64,000 bases of DNA, taken from positions 141,057 to 205,056 of the IMG/VR virus record IMGVR_UViG_3300037424_000564; one strand, written 5' to 3'. A model generated the notes under the pieces. It had not been told where the DNA came from, made no database searches, and worked only from the letters and a program-made list of their open reading frames with translations. Source of the stretch: a virus (lineage: Duplodnaviria; Caudoviricetes). Positions 20,630-30,270 of this stretch are shown piece by piece; position 1 is the stretch's first letter, and each line of letters begins with the position of its first letter. Both the position numbers and the translations under genes were made by a program.

Positions 20630-21076
20630 TTATTTTATTAGTACAATTCCTGTGATACCAACAATACATGCTGAAACAAATCCTACCCCAAACCATGTAA
20701 ATCGTGACGGTTTAGATTCTGTACATTTATTAAACCCATCTGAACATTTATTATATTCCTCTTCAAACCTATCACCACGTACTTTATACACATCTTTATC
20801 TTTTTCTAGAAGTGATATTTTTTTGATATATTCATCAGATAGCAATAAGTATTTATTATTTTGTTCGCTTAGGAGAAATATCTTCTTTTCATAAAATTTA
20901 TTCTTCTCTAATGAAAAATAATATTCACTAGTTATTTTTCTAGCAGTATCTAATGTAATACCTGTAGTAATTGGCGTTTGATCTTCACTTTGTGCTGGAA
21001 TCGCTTGTAGTGGTATCAGGGTTATTATTCCAATACAAATTAATTTCTTCAAAAGTTTTATCTTTGAATTTATCAT
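20630..21076 (-). CDS. Signal peptide + coiled coil + C-terminal TM protein (possible spanin-like partner)
   Basis: N-terminal signal (LICIGIITLIPLQAIPA) and C-terminal hydrophobic helix; overlaps the upstream gene. Confidence 0.45.
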   Translation of the reverse strand: MINSKIKLLKKLICIGIITLIPLQAIPAQSEDQTPITTGITLDTARKITSEYYFSLEKNKFYEKKIFLLSEQNNKYLLLSDEYIKKISLLEKDKDVYKVRGDRFEEEYNKCSDGFNKCTESKPSRFTWFGVGFVSACIVGITGIVLIK

Positions 21077-21380
21077 AGGATGCCTCTTTTGTTGGTTTAG
21101 TTTTATCCAACTGTTTTATTTCATTATTAGTCTTTTTTATACTCTTATTTAGTACATCTATATCACGATCAATTTTTGGATACTCTGTTTTTTCTCGGTC
21201 TTCTACTTCCGCTAATGGTTTATTGATATCAATTTTAGTTTCTATTGTACTATGACTTCGTTTTAATGCTTCTAATTCTGTTTTTGCTGATTGCATAGAA
21301 TTCCACATGAATATAAATCCAAGAAGAAATAATATATAAACAATAGTATTAGCTATTAGTACTTTTATTTTACTGTCCAT
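20985..21380 (-). CDS. N-terminal TM + coiled-coil protein (possible i-spanin-like)
   Basis: TM segment IANTIVYILFLLGFIFMW followed by a charged coiled coil. Confidence 0.45.
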   Translation of the reverse strand: MDSKIKVLIANTIVYILFLLGFIFMWNSMQSAKTELEALKRSHSTIETKIDINKPLAEVEDREKTEYPKIDRDIDVLNKSIKKTNNEIKQLDKTKPTKEASYDKFKDKTFEEINLYWNNNPDTTTSDSSTK

Positions 21381-21392
21381 AATTACTCCTTA

Positions 21393-21557
21393 TTATTTTA
21401 GTTTAGGTACTTTTTTGATTATACCAGTTAGTTTAAAAAAATTACCATCAATAGTTCGTAAATATAGTTCGCTATCATGATTAGATGGTTTTAATGCTTC
21501 TTTTATGCTATCCATGTCTTTTGCTTTTATTGAAACATCTATAATAGTTTTTTGCAT
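21393..21557 (-). CDS. Small hypothetical protein (54 aa)
   Basis: MQKTIIDVSIKAKD...KVPKLK with an AAGGA site upstream. Confidence 0.55.
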   Translation of the reverse strand: MQKTIIDVSIKAKDMDSIKEALKPSNHDSELYLRTIDGNFFKLTGIIKKVPKLK

Positions 21558-21592
21558 ATAATTCCTTTCATACTTTTATATTATTTATAATA

Positions 21593-21623
21593 AAAAAGAG
21601 ACTGGAAATTCCAGTCTCTTTTT
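21593..21623. terminator. Intrinsic terminator (bidirectional-type)
   Basis: AAAAAGAGACTGG-aaatt-CCAGTCTCTTTTT. Confidence 0.8.
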
Positions 21624-21643
21624 GATAAAGTATGTGATATAAT

Positions 21644-22351
21644 TTAATTCATATCAAATTCATGTTTCTTAAATACTTTTACTACTATTTGACTATATCC
21701 ACTTACCATTTGAACTGTTGCATCAGGTAATAATTGTTTTATATAAGAAGCCAATTCACCAGAAGTAAATCCCTTTTGATAACTACCTCTAGTACGATCA
21801 AGTATTTCTCCATTTTCTTTATTTAATACTAAAGCAGTTTTGGCACCTAGCACGTCAGCCTTTGAACGGACACCAATGATAGCAACTCCTTCAGGCTTTA
21901 AATGTGACCAAATGTCTTTAACGATGTGATCCCTTATATCTTGTTCTACTACATTTAAAACAGCAGAATTTATAATATAATCGTACTGTTTATTTGGAAG
22001 TGAATTTAAACCACTATGAGTAATATCTACAGCTTTGTTATGTGGAAATGGTTCGTATGATTCTATATGAGCATCATATTCATCTCTAAGCATTGCAGAT
22101 CCCATACCAAGACCAGCAGAATAATCCAATCCAATACCTTCTTTGTTTTCAGGAGGAAGAGAATTAAAAAATTTAGCATATGATGCAGTTGTATTAGAAC
22201 GTTGTGTTGGATGACCAGCATCAGGGTTGAATTTGATACCTTCTTTTTTTCGGATAGCATCTACTTCTTCTGAAGTGAAACCTCCTTTATGATCATCAAA
22301 ATAGCTATTATCATCTTCACTTAACAACATATATAATGCAAATTTACTCAT
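21644..22351 (-). CDS. Class I SAM-dependent methyltransferase with capsid-targeting-like N-terminus
   Basis: LDYSAGLGMG, YEPF, YDYIINSAVLNVVE, HLKPEGVAIIGVRS; starts MSKFALYMLLSE. Confidence 0.8.
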   Translation of the reverse strand: MSKFALYMLLSEDDNSYFDDHKGGFTSEEVDAIRKKEGIKFNPDAGHPTQRSNTTASYAKFFNSLPPENKEGIGLDYSAGLGMGSAMLRDEYDAHIESYEPFPHNKAVDITHSGLNSLPNKQYDYIINSAVLNVVEQDIRDHIVKDIWSHLKPEGVAIIGVRSKADVLGAKTALVLNKENGEILDRTRGSYQKGFTSGELASYIKQLLPDATVQMVSGYSQIVVKVFKKHEFDMN

Positions 22352-22353
22352 AA

Positions 22354-22713
22354 TTAATCCTTCTTCTGCCATGCATGGTTGCAGTTTTTACATTCATACA
22401 TTTTTTGTTTAGGATATTCTAATACTTTTTTGTGTCCACACTTAGGACATTTCATATCAGATGATTGATATTTATCTTTGTCTAATTTCTCAAGTTCTAA
22501 AAATAATTCAAATTTAGATTCTTTCATAACTTTTTCTCTTGTACGATTGATAAGCATTTGACGATAACGCATATTATCAGGTGTTATACCTTCTTTATCA
22601 AGTTCAGATGTTACTGAACGCCAAACACGCTCAACATCATCAACAGATTTTTTAATACCTTTTGCTTTTGCTTGTAAAGATAAATCCTTCCAATAATCTT
22701 CTACTTTACTCAT
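22354..22713 (-). CDS. Hypothetical protein with C-terminal zinc ribbon
   Basis: CPKC...CKNC; internal ESKFELFLE. Confidence 0.65.
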   Translation of the reverse strand: MSKVEDYWKDLSLQAKAKGIKKSVDDVERVWRSVTSELDKEGITPDNMRYRQMLINRTREKVMKESKFELFLELEKLDKDKYQSSDMKCPKCGHKKVLEYPKQKMYECKNCNHAWQKKD

Positions 22714-22729
22714 ATTATACATCCTTATT

Positions 22730-23563
22730 TTATATTGTATTTAAAATTTGGTTCATGTCATCCCAAGATGGTATTTTTTTCATTGCAGATGGTAATAAAT
22801 CTTCTCTATGCAATCTCTTTATAAAATTTTGAATAAAAATTTCATAATCATTTTTATTCTTGAAATTTTTGAAATTTGCCATTAATGACGCTTTTTTCTG
22901 GAATAATTTCTCCCAAGTCAAATTATCAAATTCTTTTTCTGATAATTCTCTTTTAACTTGCTTTATTGCATGTATTTGAGAATTAATTTCAAAATTAGTA
23001 TGATTAACACTATTAAATTTTCCAATTATCCCTTTAATATTATTATATTCATTTGCTTTACTAATTTTTTTAGAGATAAAAGAATTATGTGTTACGTCAT
23101 CAATCCAATGTACTAGTTCATGATAAATAGTTGCTTTTATTGAATGTGAAGTAAATTCATTAAAAAATCTAGGAGTTTGGACATTTAAAAATTTTTCAAT
23201 TGAACTTTTATTAAATTTTTGATTTCGTAGAAATGTAAATGCAGGCATATTTAATGATATTTGTAATGTATTATTATTAGGTCTATAAAAACTTCCATTA
23301 TCAAATATACCAACACGTATAGATACTGGTTTTATTTCAGATGCTTCTATGCTTGAATTGTTTTTCAATTCAGTAGAAGGAAATATAGCAAACTCATACC
23401 CATCACTAGAGTTAGTTTTTCTTAAAATATCATATATATAATCTTCATCAATTTCTTGCAAAGCTTTGATAAATTTATTCATATTTGATTTATTGTAAAT
23501 ATAATCAACATCATCATTTAAATCATATGTTTTTTCGATAATATATTGTTCAAATTTACTCAT
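22730..23563 (-). CDS. Zincin-like metallopeptidase-motif protein with capsid-targeting-like N-terminus
   Basis: TIYHELVHWIDD (HExxH) with a downstream E (FEINS); starts MSKFEQYIIE. Confidence 0.65.
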   Translation of the reverse strand: MSKFEQYIIEKTYDLNDDVDYIYNKSNMNKFIKALQEIDEDYIYDILRKTNSSDGYEFAIFPSTELKNNSSIEASEIKPVSIRVGIFDNGSFYRPNNNTLQISLNMPAFTFLRNQKFNKSSIEKFLNVQTPRFFNEFTSHSIKATIYHELVHWIDDVTHNSFISKKISKANEYNNIKGIIGKFNSVNHTNFEINSQIHAIKQVKRELSEKEFDNLTWEKLFQKKASLMANFKNFKNKNDYEIFIQNFIKRLHREDLLPSAMKKIPSWDDMNQILNTI

Positions 23564-23777
23564 GTATTTTTTCTACTTTATAATTATTAGATTTAAAATG
23601 ATTAGAAACTAACCCTACATTTCTATTTAGTTTTTTTGCTAACTGAGAAAGCATATTTCTATGTGCAGATACTTCACTTGGAGCAGATGTATATAGAATA
23701 TGATTCTCTTGATACCAATTATAAGTACCTTTATACTTATTTTGTGCTTCAGTTAAAAACTGTTCGAATTTAGTCAT
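23556..23777 (-). CDS. Small putative internal head protein
   Basis: Starts MTKFEQFLTE; directly downstream of a TATAAATA late promoter. Confidence 0.65.
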   Translation of the reverse strand: MTKFEQFLTEAQNKYKGTYNWYQENHILYTSAPSEVSAHRNMLSQLAKKLNRNVGLVSNHFKSNNYKVEKIHE

Positions 23778-23795
23778 TATATTATTCCTTTATAT

Positions 23796-23809
23796 TTATT
23801 TATAAATAA
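23796..23809. promoter_or_regulatory. Palindromic bidirectional T4-type late promoter
   Basis: TTATTTATAAATAA contains TATAAATA on both strands. Confidence 0.75.
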
Positions 23810-23884
23810 TGAGTGAGATTTGATATTAGTAGTATCAAATCAACAGTAGGGTGAACTGCTGTCCTCATTATATCTATTTATAGG

Positions 23885-24652
23885 GTGAATACAATGAATA
23901 ATTTCTATAATTATATCTATCTTGATCCAAGAAAATCTGGCAAATTTACATATGAAGGCTTAAATTTTAGTTTATTGTACGAACCATATTACGTTGGTAA
24001 AGGTTGCAGAAATAGATATATTGTGCATTTAATGAATCATTCGTTAAAATATAAAAATTTTAAAAATTCTATAATTAAAAAATTGCTTTCAAGTAATATA
24101 GATAAACAAACATTAAAAACTTTTATAATGAAATTAAATGTAAATACATCAAATATAGATGCTAATATAAATGAAACATTATTAATAACTACTATAGGAA
24201 GACGGAATAATAATACTGGTAGTTTATCTAATTTATGTGATGGTGGAGATGGAGTAGTTGGTCATATTAGTAATAAAAAATATAAAAAATATGAAGAATT
24301 ATATGGCATTGAAAAGTCAAATTTAATTAAAGAAAAGATAAAATATATTGGTATTGATAACGGATTTTATAATAAAACCCATTCAGAAAAACAAAAACAA
24401 CTTTGGACAAATACTCGTAAAGGAAAATTAAATAATAAAGCTAAAAAGTATAAATTTATATCACCTAATAATGTTGAATATATTGTACACGGAGAATTAA
24501 TTAAATTTATAAAAGAACATAATTTACCAAAAAGACAACTACTTTATCATATGGATAGATATTGTAATGTTGGAATAATAAAAGATTTTATGATAATACC
24601 AACAAGAGGGAATGCTAAAATATTAATTGGTTGGATTATAACACTACAGTAA
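23885..24652 (+). mobile_element. Free-standing GIY-YIG-type homing endonuclease with NUMOD3-like motif (likely ATG start at 23894)
   Basis: YNYIYLDPRK...PYYVGKGCRNRY..H, E..LI..IGR...GSLSNLCDGGDG, FYNKTHSEKQK; inserted antisense to its neighbours. Confidence 0.82.
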
Positions 24653-25150
24653 TGGAGCTACTTGAGTATTCCAAAAATTTAAACTTCCTATTTTTGATTT
24701 TGGAATATTATTTTTATTTACTATAATAGTCCAATGTAATGAGTGTTGTTTACTTTGTTCTACATCAAACCCATCATAATTATCATCTACAAATTGCCAT
24801 TTATGATGATAAATAATTTTACCACTTTTTTGATGTGTTTTATTATTTACCCACTCATCTATTATAGGTTCGGGGTTACTATTAAAGTCACTAGATTTTA
24901 TAAAAGAAAATATACCAGTTTTCGGATTATACTTCACTACCACATAGTCATAATTTTTAGGGAGAGCATTCTTTGCATTTTGAAGTGGACCAGATGGAAA
25001 CTGATCTTCATATTGACGATGAACATAAACCTCACCACCGATAACTTTACCAATTGGATATCCAGCACCGCCACGTTTTAATCCAAGCTTTTTTAGCTTA
25101 GAATCAATATCTACATCTTCATTTATATATTGTTTAAATGAATATATAAT
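24644..25150 (-). CDS. HHKW-motif protein resembling a domain of DNA-phosphorothioation-associated methyltransferases; probable ATT start
   Basis: Frame is open 69 codons upstream of the tracked GTG: (M)IYSFKQYINE...IGKVIGGEVYVH...VVKY...FSFIKSSDFNSNPEP...IYHHKWQFVDDNYDGF...KIG...W. TAAGGA lies 6 nt before the ATT. Confidence 0.6.
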   Translation of the reverse strand: MIYSFKQYINEDVDIDSKLKKLGLKRGGAGYPIGKVIGGEVYVHRQYEDQFPSGPLQNAKNALPKNYDYVVVKYNPKTGIFSFIKSSDFNSNPEPIIDEWVNNKTHQKSGKIIYHHKWQFVDDNYDGFDVEQSKQHSLHWTIIVNKNNIPKSKIGSLNFWNTQVAPLL

Positions 25151-25159
25151 CGTATGTCC

Positions 25160-25804
25160 TTAACTGTAGTATTTCTTTTGAACTTCTTCATCAAATCCAT
25201 AATCAATAATGACTGGTTTGCCCTTATAGATTCCCCAATTGGCTAATCTAGTGAAGTCTCCTGTCAAGAAACCAAAATTACCCACCATATCTATTACTTC
25301 GTTATAAATTTCAGATTCTCTAATTTCTTCTTGTTCTTCTTCAGGTACACCATATGTGAAATTTCTATTATAACGATTTCCATTATTTTCAACTTCCCAT
25401 TGTTGTAACATTTTTCCAAAATTAACAAAATTCAAACCAGTAAGAGCTTTAAATTTAGAAGCAGTCAATTTATCTGCTTTCTCGAACTGAATCCATCTTG
25501 GAGGGTCATTATCATCATCATGATCAATTAAAGGAATTAAAACACTCCCATGCATATTATGTAAGCCATAATCTGCTTCTTTTTCATTCTGTGCTAATCC
25601 TTTAGCATTTTTTGCTACTTTAAGAACAGTTTCTCTACCCTCAAAAGGAATAATAAAAGCAACTCTAGAAGAGCCAGTTCCTATTTTAGCTGCTCGTTCT
25701 AAAGCATAATCTAATTGCTTTTTAAAAGATCCTTTAAATGCTTCTTTATCCCAATCAGGAGGTAAAGGCATTTCATTTAAAAATTGTGTAAATGATTTCA
25801 TAAA
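25160..25804 (-). CDS. Protein-kinase-like fold protein (paralog 1)
   Basis: IGTGSSRVAF (Gly loop), VLKVAKN, AQNEKE, GDFTRLANWG (D...N), IIDYGF (DFG-like); starts MKSFTQFLNE. Confidence 0.7.
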   Translation of the reverse strand, partial: FMKSFTQFLNEMPLPPDWDKEAFKGSFKKQLDYALERAAKIGTGSSRVAFIIPFEGRETVLKVAKNAKGLAQNEKEADYGLHNMHGSVLIPLIDHDDDNDPPRWIQFEKADKLTASKFKALTGLNFVNFGKMLQQWEVENNGNRYNRNFTYGVPEEEQEEIRESEIYNEVIDMVGNFGFLTGDFTRLANWGIYKGKPVIIDYGFDEEVQKKYYS

Positions 25805-25836
25805 TTTCCTCATATATAGTTTACTTTATTTATTAA

Positions 25837-25877
25837 AAAATAAAAAGGCATATCGTTAAGACATGCCTTTTTATTTT
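25837..25877. terminator. Intrinsic terminator
   Basis: AAAATAAAAAGGCAT-11 nt-ATGCCTTTTTATTTT. Confidence 0.75.
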
Positions 25878-25894
25878 CTCTATTATTTTAATTA

Positions 25895-26200
25895 TTAAAG
25901 ATATTTACTATATCCATGCATTTTTTCTTGTGAAATCATATTCTCTGTAAACAATTTTGTTTTTGAGTTTAAACCTACCATGATAAGTTCAATTAAATCA
26001 TTATTATCGATAGAACTTATTATAGAATCAAACGATTTGTTTAATAAAGTAACAAATTGTTTCATATCATTATTAGATTTTTGTAAATAATCTACATAGT
26101 TTTTATGTTCTTTGTTAATTGTCTCTAATGAGATTATATTATTTTTTAGATTTTTGATTTGTACTTCATAATCTTGAATAATTTTTTCTTCATCGCTCAT
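25895..26200 (-). CDS. Hypothetical coiled-coil protein
   Basis: 101 aa ORF with AAGGAG site. Confidence 0.65.
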   Translation of the reverse strand: MSDEEKIIQDYEVQIKNLKNNIISLETINKEHKNYVDYLQKSNNDMKQFVTLLNKSFDSIISSIDNNDLIELIMVGLNSKTKLFTENMISQEKMHGYSKYL

Positions 26201-26211
26201 AATTTTTCTCC

Positions 26212-27081
26212 TTATGCTACCACCTTTTCTACTGCAACAACTCTACCATCTTGAACATGAGTTTCAATCCAACCAATTTCACTTGGTTCATATCCAGCAA
26301 CTTCAGCATAACTGATTGCATATGTACCGGGATCGCTGTATAGCTTCAAGAAGCTACCTGAACAACCATACCATCGACTATCAGGTGGAATATAATCAGC
26401 ATTTTGTTCTGTGAGAACATGATAATGTTGTTTAATACTAACACCATCATCTGTTAAGAATAATTTATCTTCAATAGTAGGATCTACTACTATTAATTGG
26501 TGAGTATGACCACAACTCATGTAAATACAGTCACTAAATCCACTCTTGCACATTTTATTTTTCAGTGATGCTTTTTTATTAGCAAGTCTTTGGATATCAT
26601 CTTTAGCATTACTGTTAATATTTCCGTATCCGTGAGTAAAGAACATTTTATGCATTAATTGATTTTTCTTATCAACAGCAGTAAACTTAAAGGCATATGT
26701 GCCATAAGGAACATCTAATTGATTAGCAATATATCTACCAAAGTCCATAGTGTTCAATAGTTTATACTCATGATTTCCGAATCCCCAACCAACAATCTTA
26801 TCTCTAATTGGCATAAAATCTTTTACAACTGCATCTGCTTGTTGGATCGGTGTCATTAGATTATCTTTAATATCTAATGAACAACTTGCATATCGTTTAT
26901 CATTAGGTAGAATAGCTTCAATCGAATCTCCTTTATTGACCAAGAAATAATCTTTTCTAGATGCTACTTTGTTGATCATTTCTTTGATGCTATCTCTAGC
27001 ACAATTCGCACTTCCATAATGATAATCTGAACTATCGATTAATACATAATCTCTCGGCATTACTTTTTTAATTAATTCCAT
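26212..27081 (-). CDS. Calcineurin-like metallophosphoesterase
   Basis: SDYHYG, KGDSIE, GNHE, FTHG, CGHTH, GSFL. Confidence 0.85.
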   Translation of the reverse strand: MELIKKVMPRDYVLIDSSDYHYGSANCARDSIKEMINKVASRKDYFLVNKGDSIEAILPNDKRYASCSLDIKDNLMTPIQQADAVVKDFMPIRDKIVGWGFGNHEYKLLNTMDFGRYIANQLDVPYGTYAFKFTAVDKKNQLMHKMFFTHGYGNINSNAKDDIQRLANKKASLKNKMCKSGFSDCIYMSCGHTHQLIVVDPTIEDKLFLTDDGVSIKQHYHVLTEQNADYIPPDSRWYGCSGSFLKLYSDPGTYAISYAEVAGYEPSEIGWIETHVQDGRVVAVEKVVA

Positions 27082-27104
27082 TAATTTTCCTCTCAATATT
27101 TAAA

Positions 27105-27359
27105 TTACCAAACAAATTCTACAGAACCTTCCATACAATTTATACATTTTGTTACGCTAGTTCTTTCTATTAATGGTCTTCCACATCTAATACATCGATT
27201 ATTTTCTTTTCTTTTTTTGCGTACTCGTATTGCTTGTATTCTGTCATTTTCTTGACATATGGGACATCGATACGCATATTGTGATTTTTCTCTACCACAT
27301 CTAACACATAGATTTAATAATTTACGTTTGATGGTTAATTCACTTTGGGTAGTTTTCAT
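27105..27359 (-). CDS. Cys-rich zinc-finger protein
   Basis: Two CxxCG...CxxC units. Confidence 0.65.
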   Translation of the reverse strand: MKTTQSELTIKRKLLNLCVRCGREKSQYAYRCPICQENDRIQAIRVRKKRKENNRCIRCGRPLIERTSVTKCINCMEGSVEFVW

Positions 27360-27393
27360 CTTATTCCTATTATATTTTATATAATGAATATTA

Positions 27394-28116
27394 TCAACTT
27401 TTAATATTTGATCTTTTATTCATGAATAAATTTCTATTTCTGATAGTGAGTTCGCCTTCATTTTGAATATGATTTGGAGTGTCATAATGATATTGATGAA
27501 TTGCCTTAACTCCATCATCATTCACCTTTTTAATTCCAGCTTTATTTATATCAAGTAAAAATGCATCATCATCATACGCACAACCACTAGCAAAATCTTC
27601 ATCGAAACCACCAAACTTATCTAAAGATAATTTAGATATTGCTGCACAAAAATGATAGTATTTTGGTCTATATATGGAATGGTTATACCAACCATCATCA
27701 CCACCAAAAGTTACTGCTCTATTTTTAAAACTAACCTGATTTAATTTAGTGGTAGAGTTTTGTGAATACACAGCAAAGGCATGATAATTATCACGTACAT
27801 TTTCTTGAACATATTTAACAATATCATCACAATGATAACACTCTGCATTTTGTATGATAATCAAGTCACCAGAGCATAGTTTGAATCCTATATTAAAAGC
27901 CATACAAGGATTGATCCACCATTTTTTCTTTTGAGTTATATTGACATGGATAATAGGTAATTCGGGGAATTCTTCAATAATAGGAGTAGCACTATCGCTA
28001 CTCCCATCATCAACAATAATAATTTCATATGGAATAGTATAATTAGAAATAGAAGTTAATGTATTTCTTAGTTGACTACTTCGATTGAAGTAAGTCATAC
28101 ATATTGATACTTTCAT
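27394..28116 (-). CDS. Glycosyltransferase family 2
   Basis: SICMTYFNRS, IIIVDDGSSD, AFNIG, GGFDEDF, YDDDAF, HQYH. Confidence 0.88.
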   Translation of the reverse strand: MKVSICMTYFNRSSQLRNTLTSISNYTIPYEIIIVDDGSSDSATPIIEEFPELPIIHVNITQKKKWWINPCMAFNIGFKLCSGDLIIIQNAECYHCDDIVKYVQENVRDNYHAFAVYSQNSTTKLNQVSFKNRAVTFGGDDGWYNHSIYRPKYYHFCAAISKLSLDKFGGFDEDFASGCAYDDDAFLLDINKAGIKKVNDDGVKAIHQYHYDTPNHIQNEGELTIRNRNLFMNKRSNIKS

Positions 28117-28124
28117 AGTTTACC

Positions 28125-29189
28125 TCAAATAAAATTTGTATGTTTTGCATCTTTTTTGATGCAATAATTGATGAATTCATTTTTCTTTTCAAACATACAA
28201 GGAAGTCTACAAGATTTCCTTGGATTATGATTAGCCATGAAGTTTTTTGTTTCTGGTGAAAACCACATATCTTCAAATGTTTGTTCTTTGAGATTACCAA
28301 CATAACCAAGATCATTGTATGCAAGAGTACAACAAGTATATACGTTAAGATCTGCGCCAATATAAGGTACTAGTGATTTCATGGGGCAGAAGTCATAATT
28401 TTGAGTGCCTTCAAATAGATCACCGATTCGATCATTAAATAAATTAAAGACAGTGAAGTTTTGATCATTTAGATCTTCAACTGTTTTTAATGTTTCTTGT
28501 TTAGCTTCATCAAACCATCCATCGTAATATTTAATTCCAGTATCAGTGAATGCGGCAGATATTCTAAAGTTATCAACTCCCAATTCTTTGAAAAATTTGG
28601 CTGATTGATATACTTCAGTCCAGTTATCTTTAGTAATAACGAAACCAATTCCGAACACCATATCTTTAGATTTCTGATCAACTAGAGATTTGACATTGTT
28701 TATCATTTTGTGATATTGTTCTTCTTTTACATTTCTAGTTTTAGCGTATGTAGTTGGAGAGAAGCAATCTACTGAAACTCTAACCCATGAAGCATTAGTT
28801 AAAGAATTTATAATACTTTCGTTCCAATTTACTCCATTTGATACAAGGCCAAGATCCATCCCACTAACTAAAGTAAGATCAAAAGCACGATCAATATCTT
28901 TATGTACAGTTGGTTCACCACCACCAGTAAACTGAATAGCTTTAACGCCACAAGTATTCAAACTTGAAATAATATCTAATAATTTCCCTGTTTCCATTTG
29001 ATCACCACCACCAAAATTTTGTGATGATGAATATCCATGCATACGATATGCACAAAAAGAACAATTTTGATTACATCTGTTAGTTGGAACTAAATGTACT
29101 TGTAACGGAATTACATGATGCTTCATTTTCATTTGGCTAATTGTATTCCCATGATGTACAATTTTATATGGGCTATATTCTTCGTTCAT
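28125..29189 (-). CDS. Radical SAM / SPASM(Twitch)-domain protein
   Basis: NRCNQNCSFC (CxxxCxxC), FTGGGEP, SNG, RVSVD; C-terminal C...IGADLNVYTCC...GNL...W...C..C. Confidence 0.9.
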   Translation of the reverse strand: MNEEYSPYKIVHHGNTISQMKMKHHVIPLQVHLVPTNRCNQNCSFCAYRMHGYSSSQNFGGGDQMETGKLLDIISSLNTCGVKAIQFTGGGEPTVHKDIDRAFDLTLVSGMDLGLVSNGVNWNESIINSLTNASWVRVSVDCFSPTTYAKTRNVKEEQYHKMINNVKSLVDQKSKDMVFGIGFVITKDNWTEVYQSAKFFKELGVDNFRISAAFTDTGIKYYDGWFDEAKQETLKTVEDLNDQNFTVFNLFNDRIGDLFEGTQNYDFCPMKSLVPYIGADLNVYTCCTLAYNDLGYVGNLKEQTFEDMWFSPETKNFMANHNPRKSCRLPCMFEKKNEFINYCIKKDAKHTNFI

Positions 29190-29758
29190 TCTTTCTCCTT
29201 ACATTCAAATATAAAAAATCTTCCTTCTTTGTTAATAATTTTTACAGATTTAAAATAACTAGATAATATTTTGTACCACCAATCAACATTTTCTTTAATT
29301 GGGTGTAATTCTATTCCACACTGAACATCACTATGATTAGCTATCCCAAATAGACATCTTTTTGATAATTTCAAACACGCAATAATAAAATCATCAATCT
29401 CATTATATTGTATATGTTCCATAACGTCAAAACAATATAAACAATCATATACAATATTATCATCTGCATACTCAACTACGCCAATATTTTTATGTGGTAG
29501 TTTTGAAAGATATTTATCACAGCAAACTTTGCTAATTTCAATACCAAAAACATTTAAATTTTTATTTAAAAAATACGTAAGAGCATTACCTGAACCACAA
29601 CCAGCATCTAATATAGAATTATGGTCGCCTGCTAATATAAATTCTTCTATAAATTCATATTTATTTGGAGTAGGTGGATTATAGTTAGGGTTATTTTTAT
29701 ATACTAAATTATAAATTTCGCTATTTTTCATTTTATAATCATTCCAATTCCACCCCAA
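29186..29758 (-). CDS. Class I SAM-dependent methyltransferase
   Basis: ILDAGCGSG, GIEIS, CFDVMEHI. Confidence 0.85.
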   Translation of the reverse strand: MGWNWNDYKMKNSEIYNLVYKNNPNYNPPTPNKYEFIEEFILAGDHNSILDAGCGSGNALTYFLNKNLNVFGIEISKVCCDKYLSKLPHKNIGVVEYADDNIVYDCLYCFDVMEHIQYNEIDDFIIACLKLSKRCLFGIANHSDVQCGIELHPIKENVDWWYKILSSYFKSVKIINKEGRFFIFECKEKE

Positions 29759-30270
29759 GTAGCACCTGAAATAAATTCTTCATATTTATAATCATGTTTA
29801 ACTGAATTCCAAGTATTAGAAACAAAACAATTTTGAATCCTATGTTCATGTGTATCTACGATATCATGAAAGAAAATCATACCACCATCTTTTACCAAAT
29901 TGATGTAATTTTCAAAGTCTCGTTTAGCTCCCAATTCAGTATGATCACCATCAATGAAGAGGAAGTCTACTTGTTCATTTTTGAAAAAATCTTGTACATT
30001 TTTTATAACATTTTCTGAGGTAGAATTACCAATAAAGAACTTATGTTCACAGTTATTTTCAACTTCAGTTGTATCAAAAATTTTACTGATATCAATAGTT
30101 CCTAATTTTGAACAAATCTTAGAAAAAGCAATTGTGGTTCCACCAGTATAACAACCAATTTCTAATCCTACTGCTCCTTCTGGAATTCTATTAAGAACTT
30201 CTTTAAATTCGCTTTCGATTTGTTGAATTTTATACTGTTTACATTTTTGCCATAAATCATCTGTTTTCAT
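29728..30270 (-). CDS. Class I SAM-dependent O-methyltransferase (Methyltransf_24-like)
   Basis: LEIGCYTGGTT, VDFLFIDGDHT, DGGMIFFHDI, WGGIG. Confidence 0.85.
   Translation of the reverse strand: MKTDDLWQKCKQYKIQQIESEFKEVLNRIPEGAVGLEIGCYTGGTTIAFSKICSKLGTIDISKIFDTTEVENNCEHKFFIGNSTSENVIKNVQDFFKNEQVDFLFIDGDHTELGAKRDFENYINLVKDGGMIFFHDIVDTHEHRIQNCFVSNTWNSVKHDYKYEEFISGATWGGIGMIIK

Noticed and set aside
23806-23871. Hammerhead ribozyme
   Set aside because: The three-stem layout is present, but the CUGAnGA and GAAA core is missing on both strands.
23885-24652. Group I intron-borne endonuclease
   Set aside because: The flanking genes are complete and antisense to it, and I saw no intron core elements; treated as free-standing.
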